DNA of 56,437 bases, counting the filler, from Sphacelaria rigidula (Eukaryota): the NCBI GenBank assembly GCA_964200075.2. It is 6 parts of 6 records of this genome, joined end to end, with 100 filler letters (N's around TTAATTAATTAA, not from the genome) between each part and the next. Parts side by side here need not be neighbours in the genome. Positions count along the whole stretch, not along the records: positions 9,424 to 18,746 come from CAXNAA020008748.1; positions 18,847 to 28,169 come from CAXNAA020008749.1; 4 more parts are not named here. One strand, given 5' to 3'. Shown here piece after piece: positions 11,513 to 22,900 of this stretch; within the stretch, counting starts at the first letter, position 1; every line of letters begins with the position of its first letter. The notes below the pieces were generated by a model, which was not told the DNA's origin, did no database searches, and saw nothing but the letters and a program-made list of their open reading frames with translations. Both the position numbers and the translations under genes were made by a program.

Positions 11513-14500
11513 GTGCTCGCGGCCAAGGTCTTGCTACTCGACAACACGGAGTTTACGAGGCCCCAACTCGTGGATCACAGGGGAGTGCAAAATTATGTGA
11601 AGCGCGGTAAGTTGTTCCGAAATGTGCGATAGAAGATCCATATCCCTCGATCGAAGGCGGAATTATTGCTCAATATTTTGGAGGGGGGTATTCATCTGCA
11701 GAACTGACAGTGTTGCAGCAGTGGGTCTTAGCATTGTTGCAAGGGGATTGGTGCGTGTTCAACTATCCACTCCCGTATGCACACAATCAGCTTGTATGTT
11801 TTTGTATCCGTACCCAGCAAATGGGGTAGTGCACTACCGTACTGAAGTTGAGTACTGCGTTCGCGTCTTCACCTTCTGTGCGATGATCGTTGGAGCATTG
11901 GCAAACAGCATGACGGGTTGCACAGCCCCCTTTGCTCCACCCACATCGCCAATCAACGGAGCATCAAGCATGGCAAAGAAATCGCGGGCAGTGAGTACGA
12001 TGAGCTTGAGTAGCACCGCACCAGCGCCTACGGCACCGACACTCCATCCCGCCAACTTCGCGCGGTTTCTGTTGGCCTCCGCTTGCTGTTCTTGACCCAG
12101 AGACGGGGACCGTGCTCTTCCACGGGCGATGGTGCTATTGTTTCTTGATGAAGAAGAAGAACTCATGATCTCCTATGTTCTTCGGTTGAAGCAATTTCGG
12201 CGCCGTTGCCGCGCTGAGCAACGATCGAAGCAGAGTTGCGTGCGGAAGGTGGATGCGTTGTGTGTAGTCTGTTTTCCTTTTTGATTATGATACTAGGTTT
12301 TGTCTCATCACGTCCCGTTGGTCGTAGTGTGGATAAACCTATTTCGGCGAGAGGAGCACTCCTAGCAGTAGGACGGGCAGCAGAAGCAGAAGCAGAAGCA
12401 GAAGCAACAACACCAGAAGTTTCGGCAGAAGGAACTACAGAAGCTATGATGTCACCACGAGAAGGAGTCAATGTTCGTATTCGTGGGCATGGCGAGACAA
12501 CTTTGCAGGAGAAGGTGAACTGAAAAATCTCAAGTTGTGGCGTTGTTTGCGGGCAGAGCAAAAATCATCAAGTAATATTCTCGACACAAGTATGATCGTC
12601 TCAGTTAACCCTTTTCATGGTCTGTGTTGGCCTCGTGAAATGCGAATGGCATCAGACAAGGACACGCAGCCAATCGCGTTGAAGATTGAATGCAGGCTCG
12701 TGTGTATTTCAGTGTGTGTCTTCGTGTGTCTTGCCGACTGGCTGCTGAACCCCTCACGCTTTACGTGTTCAACTTGGTTTATATGAAGGAAGAGTGCAAT
12801 TCAGCACCTGATCTCTGCCGAAAACAGCAGTGCCTGCTCGGTACAACAGTAGCGCAGTACGAACAAACACATAGTACAGCAGTGCAACTGCAGGGGGTGC
12901 AACTTCCGGCGTGGGTTGGTACAGGAGGTACTTCATTGTTTACCCACCGAGCTTTCTGTTGTACGGTGATCTGGACAGAGGAAACCAGGGGGTGTATATC
13001 TACAGAAAAATCAATCAAAAATCGGTGTCGACAATTACTTCAGTACGGTGCTGTGATTGGCCCGCTACCCTGAACCGCAACCAAACTGAGTTCGATTTTT
13101 TCGATACCTGGGAGGATCCCATTACTTCCCTGAAAACGAAAAGGGTACGGCATTGCTTCACCGAAAAGGTATCGTGAACAGCTTTGGCATGATCGTCAGT
13201 GCGGGTTAAAGAAACTTTCAATGTATACGTGTGCCTGAAGAGCCATTTCTCGCAGGCACTTATTTGTCCAGATTTCGCCAAATGTCAAACCTCAAGAAGA
13301 GCCAGTTTTCCCCAGTTTTACACCCCACGAGAGCCCAAGGGATGCAACATGTTGGGTCAAATACCAACTGTTAATCATCAGGTTTTGAAACAATTCGCAG
13401 CTGCCGAGCGTGTCACGCGTCCAGCGACTTCGACTCGGAGTCGTGGGGCTCGAAGTCCTTGAAATTTGTATTAATAGTCGACGTCGATTGATTGTCCAAT
13501 GTAGTCGTAGGAGTCGACAGTAGGGTGTAGAGTGTAGAGTCGAGGTCTATTGCGAGGTTTGAGTGAAACGCCTTATCGCCAACAGAAAGGACGCCTTAAG
13601 GTGTGAGGATCAAGAAAAAAACAATGCGCCTAGAATAGGCCGAAAACCGAACGAACGGTAATGTTCCGAAATCTTGAGCATGCCACAGCTGCTGTTCCCA
13701 AAAATGACCCGCGTCCCAAGCGTTTGTCACCCTTCACTGTGATCCGTCCCGCCACTCCCTCGTGTACTGTGAAGTATTCGAGCAGCTGTCTGCTAGTGAA
13801 CACCGCGGCGGCGCCTCGTGTTTTATCACGGCCATGTGAGGGGGGGGACGTTGGGCAGAACTTGAATATCTCACGGCCGCTTGCCATATGGCATGATGAC
13901 ACCTGAGTAGGGGATAAGTGGTTGTCTCCTACTCGGGTGAAGAAGTCTAACACTCGTTGGTAGAGACACTACAACGTGTACCTGTACTATTTCTCTTTCA
14001 CGCCGCCGGTCTGAGGTCATGTTTACACAAACACACGCACGCGCGCGCACAGCATGAAATCGACGGACGTGCCATGCCCGAAGCGGCTGAGGGATCTCGA
14101 TCGATCCATGACAAAAGAAGGTTATAATACGATCAGAATTCGAAAGGAAAACGCCTCGACTCAAAACGGTCGAACTTGTCCAAGAAGAGAAGTTCGAGAA
14201 GGTCGGAATTTCGCTGACTCACTTGAAGGTCCTCGAATGGTATAGCCACCGCAGGTCGAATCCCCGCAACATATTTTTATATCTCCATGATATCGGCCCC
14301 TTGATCTCAATCGCTCTTTTTTCTTCTTTTCGCTTCCCACCTCCCGCGCGGGGTGGGGACAGTTTCATGACTTGGAGGCGGTGGCCATGTTTAAGAAAAG
14401 AGTATTCGGCGCCCAGATTCGAGAAGGACGACAGGTGAGCTGTTTTTGTTGTTGCTGTTGTTGTTGTTGCTGCTGCTGCTGTTGCTGTTGCTGTTCACAG

Positions 14501-17500
14501 CCCTTTAATAGAACTGACGGAGAACCAGTTCACGAACATCCAACAGCATCCCAGGACTACCCAGTTGACTTGCACCCTTTGATTGACTTTTGACTGATTG
14601 TCGCACCTTATTTGACCCCGCAGGGATCCAGCCGTGGTCACACGATAAAAGTACGCGAGATAAAACAGAACGGAAACACTCGCTGGCGAGAAGTGAAAAA
14701 AACATGAAGGTGGAATAGATGAACAGAGTAGACTGAGAAGTGGTCGGCCTCTGCTATATGGCATCGGTGGAAAAGATCTTGCGCAAAAACCACATTCATA
14801 CGAGCTAGTTCACGTTCATCACCCAAAATTCTGTCATCAGCAAATGCCTTTCGCAATACCTACCCAATAGTCGCATACATGATATCATCGTGACCGCCAT
14901 GGACAGCTGAAGAGCGTGACAAAGCCAGATTTGTGTGTAATGCCATAGTGGTAGCGCTAAAGGCGAAAATGTATATCGACCAATAAGCGCCCGTCAAATT
15001 GTTCCGAGATCAAGAATATGAATTCCAAGCCCAATTTCCACCCAACCTCCACATGCCTCAACCCGCAGTAACCGTCATCGGCTCTGGAATCTAACGAAAA
15101 ACGCATATTTCAAAACGGTTTCGACGGGGGTCGAATTATACCCGAAACCGTGATGTTTCGGTGATGTCGGGTGTTGGCGTCGTCTAGTTTCCACTAATGA
15201 TACGCACGTAAGACCCAGGGAGCCTCGTGACGGTGTCCCCTATATCTGTTGCAGAAAAGCTCAGATGGCCCTCAAACTTGGCATTTTCGTAGGTATTGAT
15301 GCTCCAAATGGAAACATTGTATTTTTGACAATATCTCATCGTTTCTCCGTTCTCCACGGGCTTCCGGGGGTCTTCATACTGGGACCCGCGGAAGGCGGTA
15401 CAGAATGCCCCAAAAGAAAAATAATAATATGATGCATCCCGGGATAGTCGAAGGAACTCATGTACAAAGTTTGGTGGAGAAACTCGAAAACCTCATACGG
15501 TTTTTCTTGCCTTGACGTAAAATTCACCCCAAAAGACGTTTCCACACGAAAAGCAAGTAGTTAGGAGTTGCACATTTCAAGCCCACGTCCTCCACAAACG
15601 CGCAAACCTTACGCCGTTATTCGAAGTTAGACCCTGAAACTTTGCACAAGTACGCTATATATCATTACGCAACTTTCTACGGACGATGTTTTTTGTACTT
15701 CCTAAGTTTTTCACCATTTTTCGGGGGTCCGACGGGATCGAAGTCGTTTTTTGAAGTAGTTTCAATCCTGGGACCCCAGCAAACCGGCACTGCGATATAT
15801 ATATATATATATATTCGCTCACGATTTATCGCCGCATAACCCAAGGAAGGGCCCCACAAAGTTTCCTCGCAAAACTCGATCAACTGATGCTTGAATTTTG
15901 ATGATCACATCAAAAAAGGCCCAAAAACGCCGCTTTGGTACAAAAATCAAGTAGTTTGCGGTTTCACCGCGGTACGCCAAGGTTTATCGCGCAAAAGCGG
16001 GAAACCTCACGCCGTTTCAAGGAGTTAGACCCTGAAATTATGCACAGCTGTTCTATGGGTGATTACGCAACCTTTGGAAGAACGAGTTTTTTGTTTATCT
16101 CATTTTACCGTTTTACGGGGGTCCGATTGGATCGATGATTTCCCGAAAAATGCCCCCCCCCGAAAAACGATTAAATAACTCAAGAGGTGAGAAAAATTCG
16201 TTCTTCGATAGTTGCGTAATGACGCATGGAACATCTGTGCAAGATTTCAGGGTCTAACTCCTTAAAACGGCGTGAGGTTTTGCCGATGAGTGTTTTTTGG
16301 GTGATGAGCGTGAACAAGCTCGTACCCAATCGTAATAAAAAAGCTCATTCGCGGTAGCGACACTAATACTGCATGTGACTCAGAATAGAATCTGCCGGTA
16401 TAATGCATTCTTGGGCCTAAACATTTGATCACCTGGCGATATATCATTTGGGGGTGGTGTACAACGTACCACGATACAGTATTATAGATACCGTTCTGAA
16501 ATGGTTGAAAAATAGCTGAACATCTATTACCGTAGGGGTGATATACAGGGGGTGGTATTTAGCATGCGGCTGTTACACTGTGTCACGCATGGACAGTGAA
16601 GACGGTAGAATGATGGAGCACTGTGTCGTCGGTGTCCACGACATCCATTTTCTTTCGTTCTTGTCTTGTTCGTACCACCATGTAGTCATGATATACTGTT
16701 ATGGGGGTGACCCCATTTTGGGCACTATATACCTGGAAAATGGACCGACCAACTCCACAGTCAGTTGATTGCAGAAGAAATGAAACCTAAATGAGCCAAT
16801 CAGTATCAATCACAAGTACACGCGTCACTCGAAATGAGGACGGCGCTCATACAAAATGTACTATTGCTATACTGTAGTACATTCTACAACACACCTGTGA
16901 CTGACGCTGTACACCTGTACACAGGGTTAAAACAACAGGAGAATAGAAGCTGCTGCTCGTGTTGTTGTTGCGCCCCTCTTGTTGCAGTATGTTGTTGTGC
17001 TTATTTTCAACTCTATTTTCTCGGCAACGAAGCAGAGGATTGGGCTGCGGTTTGATGCATGCGCTTCCCACACACCAGAACTATAAAGTGTTGCAAGCAG
17101 GTTTCCGTAACGCGTGCCGCGGAGGCCGCAGCACTTCGCAAACCGCTGCACCAAACACGAAATGTACTGAAAACGCGTTTCCTGCAACGTTCTGGGGCTT
17201 CTCGGATCCACTATGGCGAACTGAGAAAATCCGCTCACGGCGCTGAATAGGTCTAGTGTGTGTGCGGGGGGCTGCGAAGTTCCAGAGACCGCTGTGCTTC
17301 CTGTCTCGAGGTAATTGCGACGAAAAAATCATCTGTCGCATACTAAACCTATGTAACTTGGGATGAGGCGTGTGTTATGCTCGGCACAGGTTCGGCACAG
17401 ATCCGAACAATCCATGACGTCTTCAATACGTCGTCAATATCCCTCCGCACTTTTTTTTTTCGTGAGAAACGGATTTCTGGTCGGTAAGGCCTTCATTCAC

Positions 17501-17670
17501 CCCCAGAACTGTCAAGTCGTTTTGTTTTTTTTTGTGTGTTTTTTTCAAAAGTTGGTGTATCTTTTTATTTCCTGCCCTCCCCCCCCCCCCCCCCACCCTC
17601 CCTGCTCCCTCGCTATGTTCTAGCTTCAGAAAAATTGAGACATCAGACGAAAATCATTAGGGCATTGTGA
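11513..17670 (+). CDS. Unidentified protein, 3' part of a spliced gene; putative exons 11513-11606, 13775-13835, 14363-14434, 17036-17100, 17251-17310, 17624-17670 (stop)
   Basis: GT-AG chain with consistent phases (1,2,2,1,1) gives an open 132-aa peptide VLAAKVLLLDNTEFTRPQLVDHRGVQNYVKRVFEQLSASEHRGGASCFITAIFMTWRRWPCLRKEYSAPRFEKDDRGLGCGLMHALPTHQNYKVLQAGLVCVRGAAKFQRPLCFLSRASEKLRHQTKIIRAL*. Family not recognised, and some acceptors are weak. Confidence 0.5.
14446..14494. repeat. (TGT/TGC)n trinucleotide microsatellite
   Basis: Read directly from the sequence. Explains the poly-Cys ORF 14372-14593. Confidence 0.9.
14578..14700 (-). mobile_element. Probable retroposon 3' end with degenerate (TCAA)n tail; second copy ~21590-21670 (+)
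   Basis: Both copies show ...ccacg(g/a)ctg(g/a)at... followed ~30 nt later by caatca/tcaatcaa repeats. Confidence 0.45.
15604..16280. repeat. Direct plus inverted ~70-nt repeats (agttagaccctgaaa..tgcaca..attacgcaac) of a non-autonomous DNA element
   Basis: Copies at ~15604-15675 (+), ~16001-16072 (+) and ~16211-16280 (-). Confidence 0.75.
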
Positions 17671-18071
17671 AGGCTCAGCACAAGTGGCTGTATAAAGAAG
17701 CTGTAGGAGTGATGCACGGGGCCAGGGGAACGTTACAAACGTTATCCACAGAAATAGGAATTAGTCCACTCCAGTATCTCCATGATTAGTAATGAAAGTA
17801 TTGGACTAATCGCGTGTTCCTCAATAGTATTCCATGCCTGTAGGGGGGGGGTGAGATGCCGAAATAACGCCCCGCTCCCCTCCCCATTACAGGAAGATCA
17901 CGAGTACAACCCCTCCCCACTGCAAGATAAGGACTAAGAACTACAGTAGTGAAAGTGAGCAGGGTTTTGATCACAGTCTCGTGAGGGAGGGTGAAGTCAT
18001 GATGGAGTATGCTTGCGCGAGAAAAATCGTGTGTATGTGTGTACAGATGTCATCCCTACGTTAAGCGGGTT

Positions 18072-18300
18072 GCCCCTGTGGCTCAGTTGGTAATCTCGGG
18101 ATCTCCTGACGGTTGGGAAGTGAGCTCGAATCTCGGTGAAGTCACATGGTATGGGGTATTTTCTCACATCATGCCTAGCAGTGAAGAGCGACTATATCGT
18201 TAGTACCCAGAGTTCGACTTCACCGTCGACATGGAAAAGTGACCACTGAACTCTTCTCGCGAAACATCGGAGGCAAGCACCGCAAAAGGAAGGTGTAGTA
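18072..18300 (+). mobile_element. tRNA-derived SINE (or tRNA pseudogene head)
   Basis: A-box TGGCTCAGTTGG at 18079 and T-arm-like gagctcgaatctc at ~18122. The acceptor and anticodon stems do not pair, so this is not a functional tRNA. The 3' boundary is approximate. Confidence 0.55.
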
Positions 18301-18696
18301 CTGAGAAATTAAATCCCGTGTGTTTCTTTTCCTCCCCTATGAACCCCTGCCAATATGTCTACATGTACTGCATACCGTGAGATGTGGACTGGCGTCCAGG
18401 GTAGATGGGATGACAACACAACATAACACACACCCGTTGTGCACTGGACTACTCAACTCCTATGTTTTCGTGTGAATCACAATATGGGTGGTAGCTTTTG
18501 TGTATGGTAGAGATCTGCAGGCAATATTGTTGTAATTATACGGCAGATAGTTGTACAGAGGAAAAAAAACGAGGCTACTAAGCAACGACATCACAACTGG
18601 GAATAGTCACCAGTTCTGCAGTACTCTATGTCTAATGGTGTATAAGCAGGGCTGTCGCATCGTCTGTCTAAACCCCCGCCCCACCCCCCCCCCTCC

Positions 18697-18737
<41 letters not shown>

Positions 18738-18846
18738 TTCTCTTTTNNNNNNNNNNNNNNNNNNNNNNNNNNNNNNNNNNNNNNNNNNNNTTAATTAATT
18801 AANNNNNNNNNNNNNNNNNNNNNNNNNNNNNNNNNNNNNNNNNNNN

Positions 18847-18998
18847 GTCGCATGAAGGGTGAGCTGTATCCTGCTAAGATTGTTCGGCCCGAAGCCTACT
18901 GATTATCTTGCATTTGGATGATAGCCAACAATGAGTTGCTTTATTCTGTGGTATCGCCACTTCCAGAGACAGCCACAGCTTTCCCACTGCCTCATGGG
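18847..18998 (-). mobile_element. Family B repeat 5' half (cut by contig start)
   Basis: Reverse complement reads cccatgaggcagtgggaaagctgtggctgtctctggaagtggcgatacc..., matching 37535-37592 and 38009-38160. Confidence 0.75.
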
Positions 18999-19471
18999 TG
19001 TCAAGGGGGGGCACGAGTTCTACCGTGACTATAGTAACCACCCCCCCCTCCCCCGCCATTCCCTGCCACGAGACTGCGAGCTAAACTCTCGTTCATTTCA
19101 GCACTCTTGTGCCTAACCTGCTAAGGGGTGATACACTACGAGTATTGCAGTATGCTTTCGTTTGCCATGTGTTCCTGCCACCTCAATGCTCCAACACCAC
19201 GGCGGCTATGGCACGGCGTTGAGCAGTAGGCCACATGCCAAGCCGCCGACGCTGCATTATTGGATGTATGCCGTCGATTGGTTTCACGTGATTATGAACG
19301 AGATATATCCGAATCCGCTGGGTCTTCGCTTGTAAAAAAGCTCGAGGCTGCAATGCCTGTCACCCATGGGGGGTGCGGCACTCTCATCAGCAGACAACGC
19401 ACGGAGCAGATGAAACATATGGATCATGCAGCTCATTGATAACCGATTTCAAGGATATACATCCAGCTTAC

Positions 19472-19794
19472 CTTGGCATTTCATCATCAGCCGGCAGGGC
19501 GGACTCCGGATCCCAGCGCTCATCCTCCACAAAATCTTCTTCGTCCTCTTCTTCCTGCTCTTGACGAGAACCCTCTGCAGAGGTACGGGCCATCGCCGGC
19601 TCTGGTCGGCGACGGATGCCACATGTTCGTCGGCAGGTCCACAAGTTGCAGCTGTCTCTGCTGATGCGATTGCCCTTGGGGAAGCTGGTGTGCGAAGAGA
19701 GGGGCGCAACGTAGGGAAGCCACCCTTGACATTGATACACATGAAACACGGAGATGATGGTGGTGACCGTCACGCGAGCTCGAGGTCGCATCAT
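19472..19794 (-). CDS. First exon of a putative plastid-targeted protein of unknown function
   Basis: MMRPRARVTVTTIISVFHVYQCQG|WLPYVAPLSSHTSF... reads as a signal-like segment, an aromatic +1 residue (ASAFAP-type), an S/R-rich transit-like stretch, then acidic EEEDEEDF. Perfect donor AAG|GTAAGC at 19471. Downstream exons not resolved. Confidence 0.6.
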
Positions 19795-19985
19795 TATGGT
19801 CACGACTTGCCCAGCTGGGTGTTGCTACTGCGGGGAGCGAAAACGAGACTGTCAGCGGGACTGTACGCCTGTACATTCGCCTGATATTCCTCGTTCAAAC
19901 CCGCAATCGGGATGCACTTCTTCCCGCTTCACGTGCTCGCCTCCACCAAACACATCATATCTAAGCTGGACCCGAGATATTCATA
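19795..19985. promoter_or_regulatory. Candidate bidirectional promoter/5'UTR region
   Basis: 191 nt between divergent ATGs at 19794 (-) and 19986 (+). Confidence 0.5.
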
Positions 19986-22900
19986 ATGTCGACGTCAGAG
20001 GATGCAGCCCTGGAAGACCTCAATATTCTACTTTCTGATCTCCGCGTGACCTTCAACAACGAGGAGCAAGGCCTTAACGTCGTGGACTTCACATCGGATG
20101 GAGTGCAACCAACCGGGCATCAATTCCGGGCATTCTCTGACTCGTGTCAAGAAGTGGTTGACCAGATTGGTGCGCTGGAGCGGGCGTTGCTACTGTCAGC
20201 CGCGGGGCGTAGCGATGTGGGAATTGGGTCTACAGGAGGTGCTGTGATGATTGTGGAGAATGCGGTTTTGCGGGGGATGCCGAGTCCTCCTGTGTCTGAA
20301 CATGATACCGCTGCTGTTAGGTGGGTGAAAGAACACTCTGTTCGGCTGTACTTTTGCCGTCGACCGCTCTGCGCGTTTCAGTACATCTGGGCAGTGAGGC
20401 TCGTGGTGTGCAGTACAGAAGTGGAGGAGCAAGGGTAATAATAGTGGTGCCTCATGCAAGGTAGAAAAACGTGATTTCAGAGTGCTTCCAATGACATTGC
20501 CTGCAGATGTTCGCATCTTGCCGGTTGTCATCTTGGTTTGAATTATCTCGATGATTCGTACTACTGTGTCGGTGCTTCGTGGTTGTCCATTCGGATCCAC
20601 CCCCGTCACATTTGCGGAGAAATAGGACACACACCAGCTTCTCCTGTCAATACTTGTTCGCAGCTGGAGCGTATATACAAACGGAAGCATATGTTGCACT
20701 GTTGTACCTCTGCGTAGCTCCTCGCGCAATCAGCTGTCGCTTGAAGGGACTGCAGTGTTAGGTACACGTTCGGTGTAGAATATACAGGATAATAATATTG
20801 AATAAATGATATTGGTAGGTACAGTCAGTATGCCATGAACAGGATCGTATAGTTGGCGTGATTCAATTCCCCCCGACCAACACGTTTCAACAACAACGAC
20901 CCGCAACAACTGCACAGGGTAGAGGCGCTGAGCTTCATGTGCTCCGAGTTGCAAGCTCTCCGCATAGAGGCATATCGTAGACGACGTAGCCGAAACGGGG
21001 ACCGGCGCAAGGATTCCAGTGAGCGCGCACGGGCTGCGGCTGCGATACTGACTTTGCAAAAAGTGCTTCAGGTGATTTGATGATTAATTAATAGCTCGCT
21101 CCTAGAGGCTAGGTGGTGGATCTTGTCCGCCTCAAAGTGCGTTGAAGGCAAACGTGTCTTTTCACGGCGTTTCGTATAGCAGGGCGTTGAAGAATGAAAG
21201 ATTAACGAGATCAATCTTTTGGTTCCTGAGCAGCTGAATCGCAACCTGCGTCCACGACCCTTTACTTCTTTTTTTGCATCTCGTTTCGACTGATCTTGTA
21301 CGGCCTCCTTACATGAAGCCGCGTGGCAGGAGACCGCCATCCGCTCTATTTTTCTAGTTTATGTGCAGGATCTGTACTAGATTCATCTTGGTATCGTCCA
21401 CTTTTCCTCCCCTTCCTTTCCTCTTATTTCTCCCTCGTTTTTATTCCCGATGTGTGTACGTGTGCGGGTGCGTGTTTTTGCCTTTTGCTCTTGTCTCGTT
21501 TCTCGCTGTGAAGTTTCCTCGATCCACTCTCTATTTCCGGCTCCCCTCTTCCCCAAGCTTTCTTAGCGAATGTTTACTTTTTATCTACTTTGGCTACGTC
21601 TACCTCGCGGCCACGACTGAATTGCTAGGAAATCACTTAATGTTCGATCATCGATCAATCAACCAATCAATAAGTCAAGGCCAGCAGGACACTGAGTCAA
21701 CATGGAAAAATAATAAGTCGAACCGCAGCCTTCCGGTGCTCCGTCGTGTGTGGCCCTGCATCGGGTGCGCGCTGACGCGAAAGTCGCTGGCAGCTACTAT
21801 ATCGACAATGCTACCGCCACCTAGCACTCCCTCGACGGACTTCGGAGCGGATCTCGTTGGCTGAGACAAATCAGATATGAGAACTTCTCCCCATCAAAGC
21901 ACTCATCACACAGTGATCCTTGAGGTGCTCCCGTGACCGCTCAGCTGAGGAGGGGGAGTTATTCCTTTGACCACCACGGTGGTCATCTGGATCTTCCGTT
22001 GTTTTATTTTCAAGTGAAAATGATGCCGATTCAACAGACGACCCACCCTGGCGGTCAAAGGGTTAGTTCTGACTGTCATGCAAGCGTTTTTTCGTAGTAC
22101 CTGGACTTCTGAGCTACCTGCTCTGATTTTAGTCCTATTTATCTGTAGAACGGGAGTCTCCATGTGACCAAGTGCCATCCTCCGTGTGACGATCTTGGAT
22201 GATCATGCTGCACCCCGGCACACCGACAGCAGGCGAGCACGCAGTGCAGTGCAGTACAGTCAACGTAGTAGCATCACAGGGAGCGTCGTTACAGAGTTTC
22301 GGAATACTTTTTTCCATTTTAGAGTCAGGGTGGAAGGAAGAATAGCCTGTAACGGTGTACATTCCACTCTGATTTGATTTTAGAGCGATTGTTTCAGAGT
22401 CAGAGTGCCGTTTGAACATCTTCACTCTGAAAGCCGTGTTCCTCTTTAGAGTTCATAGTGGAACGGAGAAGAACCACGCCCACCTTCACCACCATGGTCA
22501 CGGTCAGTCCGAGATCGATACACCTAAACAAGCAAAAGTGGGACATCCATCACAACTGCCATGCTCATCACAGCGGGTCATTCACGAAGTAGAAAAGCTT
22601 GGCATCGCAGTCACAAGACCTCCCTGAAGCCGTCATGGTATCAGCATTCGCTTGGATGTTTTGCGTGAAAAATTCAAATGCTCGGCGGGTACACGATGTT
22701 GCCCTGCGTGCAGTTCCTCACTCCTGCCAGCTTCAGCTTGAAGAAGACGGTGTGAAGGATTCGTAGCCATTCCGTTGGAGATCATGACGTCTTGCACCAC
22801 CGTTATGGGTGGTGTGTTGAAATATCATCACAATGCGGCCTTGTCTGTTGTTGGGAAGTGCGGCGTACTATACTACTGTACAACTGTCTGTACGGTGTCG

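Noticed and set aside
12093-12095. In-frame TGA after CCS as selenocysteine read-through
   Set aside because: No recognisable selenoprotein motif or SECIS, and the coding strand is uncertain.
18072-18145. Functional tRNA gene
   Set aside because: A-box and T-arm are present but the acceptor and anticodon stems do not form, so it is treated as a SINE head.
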